32,000 nucleotides of DNA from the NCBI RefSeq assembly GCF_964030745.1, contig NZ_OZ034918.1, positions 840,001 to 872,000 of the forward strand, given 5' to 3'. Source of the DNA: Candidatus Saccharimonadota bacterium (GTDB lineage: Bacteria > Bacteroidota > Bacteroidia > Cytophagales > Amoebophilaceae). The translations under genes and the position numbers were made by a program. Positions 22,174 to 29,934 of this stretch are shown piece by piece. Numbering within the stretch: the stretch's first letter is position 1; each line of letters begins with the position of its first letter. The notes beneath the pieces are model-generated. The model was given only the letters and a program-made list of their open reading frames with translations, made no database searches and had not been told where the DNA came from.

Positions 22174-24003
22174 ATGAAAATCTTAGTGATTCATGACAAT
22201 CCATCAGATCCTATCGTTTCGTTGATAGCCAGCCAGCAAAGTCTACTGAAACAGCATGTTACATTGGTATCGCTACAATTGTTCATTGAGCAAATGCAGG
22301 TATGTGATCAGATAGATGAGCGTGGGGTCTCTATTCAATGGACGCTTAAAGATCAAGATAATGGTACCAAATGTTGGACCAATCATGATACCTATCTGCT
22401 CAATCGATGCCATCAGTTTCCTGGGACATGGAATCATTTGTTTCATCCTGATGATAGGGAATATGCACGAAATGAATTAACTGCTTATTTGCACTTTGCA
22501 TTTACTGCTTTTAAATATCGTATACAACCTGTCAGTTACTATGGGCTTAGTGGATCTGTTATGCCACTGTTTGTGCAATGGGATATCGTCAAAAATAGAC
22601 TGCCTGGTCTAGATGTTCCTGCTTATTATGTGGGGCCTTATGGCGAGATACCATGGCCAAAGGCTGTAATGAATCCTGATCCGTATGATGTCACTTATTG
22701 GGTAGCTGAAATGGTCAATCATCATACAAACAAAGATTATGTCTTTGCCTACCAAAGGCCTGTTGGGCAACCTGTATTGGTCTATATCACGCCTATAGGT
22801 GCTGAGGTTGTAAAGGATCATGTTTTTAATCAAGAATCTGGGACAGAACAGATCAATGAAGCGTTATTAAAGCGTTTTGCCACAAGCATTGGCCAAAAAC
22901 TGGCTATTAGATTAGGTGAAATACTTTTTTTTGTTGCACCGCAACAAGTTACATTTGGTGCAGCCACTCCACGCGTGATTCATGCACAACATACCCCTCA
23001 TTTTCAAAAATTAACGCTGCAAGCACTGACTACCCCATTGGCTTATCATAATCCTGATCATCCATTAGATTCCTTTCAACACTCGATTGTTAATGATAAT
23101 TTTGGTGTTATACCGAGTACAGTTGGCAGCGTCATTGCGATCGGTTCAACCAAAGATAACACCATGTACAACTTGGTAGCAAGCCAGTCGTTTAATAAAA
23201 ATGGAGTATTATTACCCTTGGAAGCATGTAACGTAACATGGCATTTTTCTTATAGCAATGGTGTATTAAGGTTTTTTACAAAAGATAGCTGTTTGGAAAC
23301 TATAGCTGCCATCTACTATCGGCCTTTTGCACGGCAAGAAAATAATGCGTTAGACTTACTACATAATTGTTTGGATAGTTTTGATGGACTGGTATATGGA
23401 AGAGGAAGCGCGCAATATCTTAATGCTTCTAAACCAATGCAACTAGCCCATGTCCTACCTGTTATGCATGCATATCATGCTGTTGCATTACCTGATACAA
23501 CTATCATCAAAATGATGGATCACCCAGCCGGGATTTCAGAACCAAGCGGTGTGCAGTATATTACAAAGTCCATTTCTGGTGTTAGATCTATTGTAGTGAA
23601 TAACCATGTTTTTGACAGGTGGGAACAAAATGGTTTACATACGCTACCTACTTTATTTCAGAAACAGATAGAAGGGGATGATATACGGGTACATGTATGC
23701 CATGATCAAGTATTTGCTGTAAAAATTACGCATAAAGATGCTGTGGATTACCGATATGCAGCTGCTTTTTCTATTCAAATAATAACCCTTCCGAAAGAAA
23801 TCATAGCATTTTGTCTTATGGTGAGGCGCCTAGAAGCAAACCCACTGATTGGTATAGATTTTATCCGAACAACTAGTGGATATATATTCCTTGAAGCCAA
23901 TCCAATGCCTGGTTGGGATTGGTTTTATAGCAAAAATGAAATTGTAACTATCAAAGAAAGTATTTGTGATACAATCATGCAAGGTGACCCTGTTCACCAT
24001 TAG
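22174..24003 (+). CDS. Internally duplicated ATP-grasp protein, C-terminal half resembling RiPP (MvdC/MvdD, MdnB/MdnC-type) peptide ligases
   Basis: The C-terminal half has VQYITKSISG (ATP-Lys context), IEGDDIRVHVCHDQVFAVKI, AVDYRY, LPKEI and IGIDFIRTTSGYIFLEANPMPGWDWF (E-x-N Mg/ATP motif). The N-terminal half (~1-290) aligns to it but reads QVTFGAATPRV where the E-x-N should be. It starts 20 nt after the hydroxylase gene. Confidence 0.7.
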   Translation: MKILVIHDNPSDPIVSLIASQQSLLKQHVTLVSLQLFIEQMQVCDQIDERGVSIQWTLKDQDNGTKCWTNHDTYLLNRCHQFPGTWNHLFHPDDREYARNELTAYLHFAFTAFKYRIQPVSYYGLSGSVMPLFVQWDIVKNRLPGLDVPAYYVGPYGEIPWPKAVMNPDPYDVTYWVAEMVNHHTNKDYVFAYQRPVGQPVLVYITPIGAEVVKDHVFNQESGTEQINEALLKRFATSIGQKLAIRLGEILFFVAPQQVTFGAATPRVIHAQHTPHFQKLTLQALTTPLAYHNPDHPLDSFQHSIVNDNFGVIPSTVGSVIAIGSTKDNTMYNLVASQSFNKNGVLLPLEACNVTWHFSYSNGVLRFFTKDSCLETIAAIYYRPFARQENNALDLLHNCLDSFDGLVYGRGSAQYLNASKPMQLAHVLPVMHAYHAVALPDTTIIKMMDHPAGISEPSGVQYITKSISGVRSIVVNNHVFDRWEQNGLHTLPTLFQKQIEGDDIRVHVCHDQVFAVKITHKDAVDYRYAAAFSIQIITLPKEIIAFCLMVRRLEANPLIGIDFIRTTSGYIFLEANPMPGWDWFYSKNEIVTIKESICDTIMQGDPVHH

Positions 24004-24043
24004 CATTCCACATACCTCTATCTAACCAAACTTATACAGGTTG

Positions 24044-24081
24044 ATTAAATGCTACAAAAAATATCTATCTTGCAGTGTGTG
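24044..24081 (+). promoter_or_regulatory. Conserved upstream motif, copy b
   Basis: The sequence is attaaatgctacaaaaaatatctatcttgcagtgtgtg. It lies ~40-75 nt upstream of ATG 24121. See the copies at 12941 and 16851. Confidence 0.5.
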
Positions 24082-24120
24082 ATACATGTATATCTTGTAT
24101 TTACCAGTAAAGAATAAGCT

Positions 24121-24585
24121 ATGGAAAAAATCACCCCAAAAGTCGACCTCTCCTTCAAAAAAATCTTTGGTGTAGAAGAAAATAAGGATCTGCTAATTTC
24201 TTTAATAAATGCTACTGTTGCACCAGAAGATCAAGTGGTAGATGTTACCCTATTAAACCCCTATAACCCAAAAAATTTTAGAAGTGATCAGCTATCTATA
24301 TTAGATATAAAAGCAGTAGGGGAAACAGACAAAAGGTTTAATATAGAAATTCAAATCATAGATGAAGCAGATAAGGCTTTGCATGTTTTAGAGACGATGA
24401 ACTTCATCGATGAGGAAAGAATGGCTTATGAAGACCACTTGAAGTGGCTTAGAATAGAAGCCAATACATTAGAGAAAGTTAGACGTGAAGGAATCCAAGA
24501 AGGCCAAGAGAAAGGTATTCGAATAGGCCAGGAGCAAGGCTACACCTTTATATATGATATGCTGCTTACTTATAATAATAGATGA
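24121..24585 (+). CDS. PD-(D/E)XK nuclease family transposase-like protein (PDDEXK_2 / Rpn-like), shortened
   Basis: The N-terminus PKVDLSFKKIFGVEENKDLLISLINA and ILDIKAV...FNIEIQI match the PF12784-type core. The C-terminus (EERMAYED...REGIQEGQEKGIRIG) resembles the family tail. The middle of the usual ~300-aa protein is missing, so it is probably a decayed copy. Confidence 0.65.
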   Translation: MEKITPKVDLSFKKIFGVEENKDLLISLINATVAPEDQVVDVTLLNPYNPKNFRSDQLSILDIKAVGETDKRFNIEIQIIDEADKALHVLETMNFIDEERMAYEDHLKWLRIEANTLEKVRREGIQEGQEKGIRIGQEQGYTFIYDMLLTYNNR

Positions 24586-24594
24586 TACAATACG

Positions 24595-26499
24595 ATGATT
24601 CAGATTCTAATAGATGGCCAGAAAAGGTCATTTCCCAAAGGGAGTACTGGTTTAGATATCGCCCAGCAAATGGGGGTGCCAATGGACATTTTAGCGGTTC
24701 AAGTCAATGAAGCGGTTTATGACTTAGCTCGTGCTATTGAAACAGATGCTACCATTCGTTTTCTTAGATGGGAGGATGATGCAGGAAAACAGCTCTTTTG
24801 GCACTCTTCTGCGCACCTTTTGGCGGCAGCCTTGGAGTGCCTTTATCCTGGAGTTAAATTTGGTATAGGTCCTCCTATTGCACAGGGATTCTATTATGAT
24901 GTAGATTTAGCTCCCCATTCAGCAGACACCTTAGATGTAGAAGCCATAGAAAAAAAAATGATTACGCTGGCTCAGCGGAAAGATCCATTTATTCGTCGAG
25001 CAGTTTCTAAACAAGAAGCGGTTGACTTCTTTACTAAAAAAGAAGATCCTTATAAATTAGAACTATTAGAAGGGTTAGCCGATGGTACCATTACCTTGTA
25101 TCAGCAAGGCGATTTTATCGATTTATGTAAAGGTGCCCATTTGCCCCATACTGGATGGATCAAGGCTGCTAAAATTTTAAATGTTTCAGGGGCCTACTGG
25201 CGGGGTAATGAAAAAAATAAACAGCTTACCCGTATCTATGGGATTACCTTTCCAACCAAAAAAGAACTTTCTGATTTTCTCCATGTTAGAGAAGAAGCCA
25301 AGAAAAGGAGCCATACAAAGATCGGCAAAGCGCTTGGCTTGTTTACCTTTTCTGAAAAGGTAGGGCTGGGCCTACCCCTTTGGTTGCCTAAGGGGGCGTT
25401 ATTGTGTGATACCTTGGTGCAGTTTTTAAAAAAGGAGCAAATCAAATGTGGCTACCAGCCAGTTATTACGCCACATATTGGACATAAGGAACTTTATATC
25501 ACCTCTGGCCATTATGAAAAGTATCAAGAAGATTGTTTTCAGCCTATTCGTACGGCTGAAGCTGAAGAAGAATATCTCTTAAAGCCGATGAATTGTCCCC
25601 ATCATTGTGAGATTTACAATAGTGCACCCCGTTCTTATAAAGAGCTACCCATACGTTTGGCAGAATTTGGTACCGTCTATCGTTATGAATTACATGGTGC
25701 CTTGCATGGGTTGACCAGAACCCGCTGTTTTACGCAAGATGACGCGCATATTTTTTGCCGTGCAGATCAAGTGCCAGAAGAATTTGCTAAAGTGATTGAT
25801 TTGGTGCTTTATATATTTGATCTATTGGGTTTTAAGGATTATACTGCGCAACTCTCTTTTAGAGATCCTAATAGTGATAAATATATAGGTGAGTCGGCAG
25901 ATTGGGACTTGGCTGAAGCAGCCATTCAGGCTATTGCCCAAGAAAAGGGTTTGCAAACCACTACCGTGGTTGGGGAAGCAGCTTTTTATGGCCCAAAAGT
26001 CGATTTTATGGTCAAGGATGTATTGGGGAGAAGCTGGCAATTGGGTACCGTTCAATTGGATTATCAGTTGCCTATGCGGTTTGATTTGACCTATATTGGG
26101 GCTGATGGTGGGAAGCATCGACCCGTTATGATCCATCGTGCACCATTTGGTTCTCTAGAGCGATTTATAGCCATTCTTATTGAGCATACAGGTGGAAAAT
26201 TTCCGCTCTGGTTAGCGCCGGAACAAGTAACCGTTTTATCGCTGTCTGATAAATACAATGGTTATGCTACGACTGTACAGCAAAAGTTATTGGAAAAGGG
26301 CATGCGTGCTACATTAGATGACCGCAATGAAACCATCGGAAAAAAAATTCGTGAGACCACATTGCGGAAGGTTCCCTATATCATAGTGGTCGGGGAAAAA
26401 GAAATGGCAAATCAAACTGTTGCCGTTCGCAAACAAGAGGGGCAAATCACTATGACTTTGGCTGAATTTATACAGCAGGTTTGTGCAGAGTTGGTATAG
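24595..26499 (+). CDS. thrS: Threonine--tRNA ligase
   Basis: It has a TGS domain at the start and the editing-domain motif FWHSSAHLLAAAL. The class II core carries RTRCFTQDDAHIF, GEAAFYGPKVDF and MIHRAPFGSLERF. An anticodon-binding tail follows. Confidence 0.97.
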   Translation: MIQILIDGQKRSFPKGSTGLDIAQQMGVPMDILAVQVNEAVYDLARAIETDATIRFLRWEDDAGKQLFWHSSAHLLAAALECLYPGVKFGIGPPIAQGFYYDVDLAPHSADTLDVEAIEKKMITLAQRKDPFIRRAVSKQEAVDFFTKKEDPYKLELLEGLADGTITLYQQGDFIDLCKGAHLPHTGWIKAAKILNVSGAYWRGNEKNKQLTRIYGITFPTKKELSDFLHVREEAKKRSHTKIGKALGLFTFSEKVGLGLPLWLPKGALLCDTLVQFLKKEQIKCGYQPVITPHIGHKELYITSGHYEKYQEDCFQPIRTAEAEEEYLLKPMNCPHHCEIYNSAPRSYKELPIRLAEFGTVYRYELHGALHGLTRTRCFTQDDAHIFCRADQVPEEFAKVIDLVLYIFDLLGFKDYTAQLSFRDPNSDKYIGESADWDLAEAAIQAIAQEKGLQTTTVVGEAAFYGPKVDFMVKDVLGRSWQLGTVQLDYQLPMRFDLTYIGADGGKHRPVMIHRAPFGSLERFIAILIEHTGGKFPLWLAPEQVTVLSLSDKYNGYATTVQQKLLEKGMRATLDDRNETIGKKIRETTLRKVPYIIVVGEKEMANQTVAVRKQEGQITMTLAEFIQQVCAELV

Positions 26500-26568
26500 A
26501 TAGATTCATGCAGGCTGATTAAATGTTATAAACAATGGGTGTTTCCCGTTTTATCAAGAAAGAATATC

Positions 26569-27570
26569 ATGCAATGGACCATATCAGGGTTGATAGAGCG
26601 ATTTAATGGCGAGCTATTAACTGGTAGTAGCCAGGTAGCCTTAACCCATCTCTGTACGCTCACAGAAGGGCGTGCTGGTGGCATTGGTTTTTTTTCCGAT
26701 ACCAGATATACTGCTGCTTTTTACCAAACAAAAGCTGCTGCTGTTTTTGTAGCGAAAGATTTTAGGCCCGTTGCGCCAGTAGCAGCTTCCTTGATAGGTG
26801 TAGAAGATCCTTACCGCTGTTTTTGCCTGCTTATAGAGGAGGTGCAACAGCAAAAAATGGCCCCTAAGTGCGGTATAGAGTTTCCTTCTTATATAGGCAA
26901 AGAGGCTACGGTAGGAGCAAATATTTACCGAGCTGCTTTTTCCTATATTGGCCATCATGTGGTCATTGGTAAAGAGGTAAAAATCTATCCACATGTGTAT
27001 GTGGGAGATTATGTGACCATTGGCGACCATACCATACTCTATAGTGGGGCTAAAATAGCGGCCTATACGGAGATAGGTAGTCGATGTGTGATTCATTCCG
27101 GTGCTGTAATCGGTAGTGCTGGTTTTGGCTTTTTGACCCACTCAGATGGTAGCTATAAAGCCATTCCTTCAGTTGGTAATGTGCGCTTAGAGGATGATGT
27201 AGAAGTTGGTGCCAATACTACCATAGATGCCGCTACTGTAGGTGCTACTGTAATAGGACAAGGAACTAAAATAGATAACTTGGTTCAAGTGGCCCATAAT
27301 GTTCAAATTGGCAAGCATACGGGGATTGCCGCACAAGTAGGGATCGCTGGATCCACTAAGCTAGGTGATTACGCCAGGTTGGGTGGTCAAACAGGTATTG
27401 CGGGCCACCTCCATTTGGGAGACCATATTACAGCTATTGGTCGAGCTGGTATTACCCGATCTTTTCCAAAAGGAAATATTACCCTTTCCGGTACACCTGC
27501 TTTTGAACATAAAAAATTCTTATCTTGCTACGCCCAATTTAAAAATCTGGCACCGTCGAAGAAAAAGTAA
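26569..27570 (+). CDS. lpxD: UDP-3-O-acylglucosamine N-acyltransferase
   Basis: It has an N-terminal LpxD-type domain followed by left-handed beta-helix hexapeptide repeats ([30 protein letters not shown]). It sits in lpxD, lpxC/fabZ, lpxA operon context. I start it at ATG 26569 rather than GTG 26539. Confidence 0.92.
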   Translation: MQWTISGLIERFNGELLTGSSQVALTHLCTLTEGRAGGIGFFSDTRYTAAFYQTKAAAVFVAKDFRPVAPVAASLIGVEDPYRCFCLLIEEVQQQKMAPKCGIEFPSYIGKEATVGANIYRAAFSYIGHHVVIGKEVKIYPHVYVGDYVTIGDHTILYSGAKIAAYTEIGSRCVIHSGAVIGSAGFGFLTHSDGSYKAIPSVGNVRLEDDVEVGANTTIDAATVGATVIGQGTKIDNLVQVAHNVQIGKHTGIAAQVGIAGSTKLGDYARLGGQTGIAGHLHLGDHITAIGRAGITRSFPKGNITLSGTPAFEHKKFLSCYAQFKNLAPSKKK

Positions 27571-27586
27571 CAAAGGGATTTATATA

Positions 27587-29011
27587 ATGCAACGCCAACA
27601 ACAAACCATTCAACGTACCATTAGCTTTGAAGGCATTGGCCTCCATACGGGTGAAAAGGTTAAGGCCACATTCACGCCTATGCCTATTGACACAGGTATA
27701 CAATTTCAACGAGTAGATCTACCCGGTCAGCCTTGCATAGAGGCATCTGTAACCCATGTAGTTGCAGTAGAAAGAGGTACCACGCTTGAAAAAGAGCAAG
27801 TTCAGGTAGCTACTGTAGAACATTTGTTGGCGGCAATTGTAGGGTTAGGAGTCGATAATATTTGTATACAACTAGATGGATCAGAGGTACCCGATCTAGA
27901 TGGTAGTGCATTGGCTTTTGTAGAGCTTCTATTAGAAGCAGGGCTGATGCCGCAGGAAGCACCACGAAAGTTTTTTAAACTCAAAGAAAAATTTGTCTAT
28001 GATGACCCTGATACCGGTAGCCATTATGAAGTCTATCCCGATACCGATTATAACTTGCAGGTGACCATTGCCTATAATAGGTGGCCGATTGGCCATCAAT
28101 ATGCCAACCTCTCTACATTAGCCCATTTTAAAGAAGAAATTGCTGCTGCGCGTACTTTTACCTATTTGGATGAAATTGTTGCTTTGTATCACAAGGGGTT
28201 GCTACAGGGAGGCGATCCTACCAAAGCAGTTATTTTCTCTGATCATACCGATCCTACAGAATGGTTGGAGCAGGTTGCCCAATTGTCTGGTAGGCAGGTT
28301 GAAAATGTGGTCACACCTGATCCGTCTAGTTCATCTTGTTTACGCTATATCAATGAACCAGCCCGTCATAAGTTATTAGATCTGATCGGTGATGTGGCCT
28401 TATTGGGTAAGCCCTTACAAGGGAAGCTTATTGCCCATAAACCTGGCCATGGCGCCAATATACGTTTTGTAGCTGCTTTAAAAAGCCATCTATGGATACA
28501 AGAACAAAAAGGAGCACCTATATGTGATCTGCAAGCCCAACCACTTTTTGATGTAAAGCAGATCAGTAACATGTTGCCCCATCGTTATCCTTTTCAATTG
28601 GTAGATAAAATCATGGAGTTGGGTAATTCCTATGTGATTGGAGTGAAAAATGTAACGATAAACGAGCCCTTTTTTCAAGGCCATTTTCCCGGAACCCCTG
28701 TTATGCCTGGCGTGCTACAAGTAGAGGCCTTAGCACAAACTGGTGGTATATTGTTGTTGCATAAGGTACCAGATCCGGCACAATATCTAACCTATTTTCT
28801 TGCTATTGATGGCTGTAAATTCCGCCGTATGGTGGTGCCTGGAGATACTTTAGTATTGCATTGTGCATTGCTGGCAGATATCAAATTTAGTACTACTGAA
28901 AAGCAGTCAGTAGCCATTGCAAAGGTGAAAGGACGCATTTTTGTTGGTGAACAGTTGGCGTGTGAGGCAGTCTTATTGGCTCAAATTGTCAAGCAACATG
29001 AAACAATCTGA
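27587..29011 (+). CDS. lpxC/fabZ: Bifunctional UDP-3-O-acyl-GlcNAc deacetylase / 3-hydroxyacyl-ACP dehydratase
   Basis: The LpxC part has TISFEGIGLHTGEKV, ATVEHLLAA, EVPDLDGSA and HKPGHGAN. The FabZ part has LPHRYPFQLVDKI, FFQGHFPG.PVMPGVLQVEALAQ. The start at ATG 27587 lies 17 nt after the lpxD stop. The upstream part of ORF 27365.. overlaps lpxD and is not coding. Confidence 0.95.
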   Translation: MQRQQQTIQRTISFEGIGLHTGEKVKATFTPMPIDTGIQFQRVDLPGQPCIEASVTHVVAVERGTTLEKEQVQVATVEHLLAAIVGLGVDNICIQLDGSEVPDLDGSALAFVELLLEAGLMPQEAPRKFFKLKEKFVYDDPDTGSHYEVYPDTDYNLQVTIAYNRWPIGHQYANLSTLAHFKEEIAAARTFTYLDEIVALYHKGLLQGGDPTKAVIFSDHTDPTEWLEQVAQLSGRQVENVVTPDPSSSSCLRYINEPARHKLLDLIGDVALLGKPLQGKLIAHKPGHGANIRFVAALKSHLWIQEQKGAPICDLQAQPLFDVKQISNMLPHRYPFQLVDKIMELGNSYVIGVKNVTINEPFFQGHFPGTPVMPGVLQVEALAQTGGILLLHKVPDPAQYLTYFLAIDGCKFRRMVVPGDTLVLHCALLADIKFSTTEKQSVAIAKVKGRIFVGEQLACEAVLLAQIVKQHETI

Positions 29012-29768
29012 TATCCACCCTAGTGCTATCCTGGGGAAAGCGGTAACCATAGGCAGTTTTGTAACGATTCAGGAAGATGTGGTCGTAGGGGATGGAACCT
29101 ATATAGGGCCCCATGTGACCATTATGTCTGGAAGCCGTATTGGAAAAAATTGTCAGATTTTTCCAGGTGCAGTTATTGGAGCGCCTGCACAGGATCGTAA
29201 AACAACCACTTTAAAAACTTATGTAGAAGTTGGAGACCATACGGTTATACGTGAATTTGCTACCCTTAATAGAGGTACTTTTGGCAATACGGTTATAGGA
29301 TCTCATGTATTGCTTATGGCTTATGTTCATGTAGCCCATGATTGTATCGTTGAAGATCATGTGGTTGTGACCAATGCAGCACAGTTAGCAGGTCATGTAC
29401 ACCTCCACCATCATGCTGTAATAGGCGGTATGGCAGCGGTGCATCAGTTCATGCGAGTAGGGGCCTATAGTATGGTCGCTTCTAAAAGTATTGTGCGCAA
29501 AGATGTACCCCCCTTTATTAAAGTAGCACGCGAACCATTGCGCTATTGTGGCATTAATCTAGTCGCCTTACAAAGACATGGCTTTACTAAAGAACAATGC
29601 AATGGTATATACCATATCTATCGTTTGATTTATCAAAGCCAGTTATTATTACCGCTGGCATTAGAAGAGGTGGATAAACAGGTTAACCATACCCAAGAAA
29701 AAGCAATGATCCTCTCTTTTATACGTAGTAGCCATAAAGGTATTGTAAAAAAAAGCCCCCCAAAGTGA
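28998..29768 (+). CDS. lpxA: Acyl-ACP--UDP-N-acetylglucosamine O-acyltransferase
   Basis: It starts MKQSDIHPSAI.GK.V.IG, followed by hexapeptide repeats. The C-terminal helical domain has GINLVALQRHGF and IYHIYRLIY. The start overlaps the lpxC/fabZ stop by 14 nt. Confidence 0.93.
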   Translation: MKQSDIHPSAILGKAVTIGSFVTIQEDVVVGDGTYIGPHVTIMSGSRIGKNCQIFPGAVIGAPAQDRKTTTLKTYVEVGDHTVIREFATLNRGTFGNTVIGSHVLLMAYVHVAHDCIVEDHVVVTNAAQLAGHVHLHHHAVIGGMAAVHQFMRVGAYSMVASKSIVRKDVPPFIKVAREPLRYCGINLVALQRHGFTKEQCNGIYHIYRLIYQSQLLLPLALEEVDKQVNHTQEKAMILSFIRSSHKGIVKKSPPK

Positions 29769-29934
29769 CGTCCACACAATGTTCCTCTATGAAGTTATAT
29801 TTTTGAGAAAATTTTTGATAAATTATCAGTGTTATTGTTTAATATTTTATTTCTAGGTATAAAACAATAGAAGAAAAGAGTTGATTGCAGCTACTTTTAG
29901 CTGTGTAACGCTAAACGTATACTTGAGTAAGGGC

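Noticed and set aside
26641-27141. 166-aa antisense ORF inside lpxD, and similar ORFs inside thrS (25181..25363 +, 25236..25445 -, 25822..26136 -, 25889..26089 +) and lpxC/fabZ (27802..27984 -, 28140..28379 +, 28366..28572 -, 28490..28684 -).
   Set aside because: These are shadow ORFs within strongly supported housekeeping genes.
27365-27586. N-terminal extensions suggested by the ORF track for lpxC/fabZ (27365), lpxA (28941), lpxD (26539), CPBP paralogue 3 (20353), the RING protein (1781) and the Ala-rich gene (29881).
   Set aside because: The extensions overlap the preceding gene or read as nonsense sequence. Internal starts give canonical family N-termini ([45 protein letters not shown]) or signal peptides.
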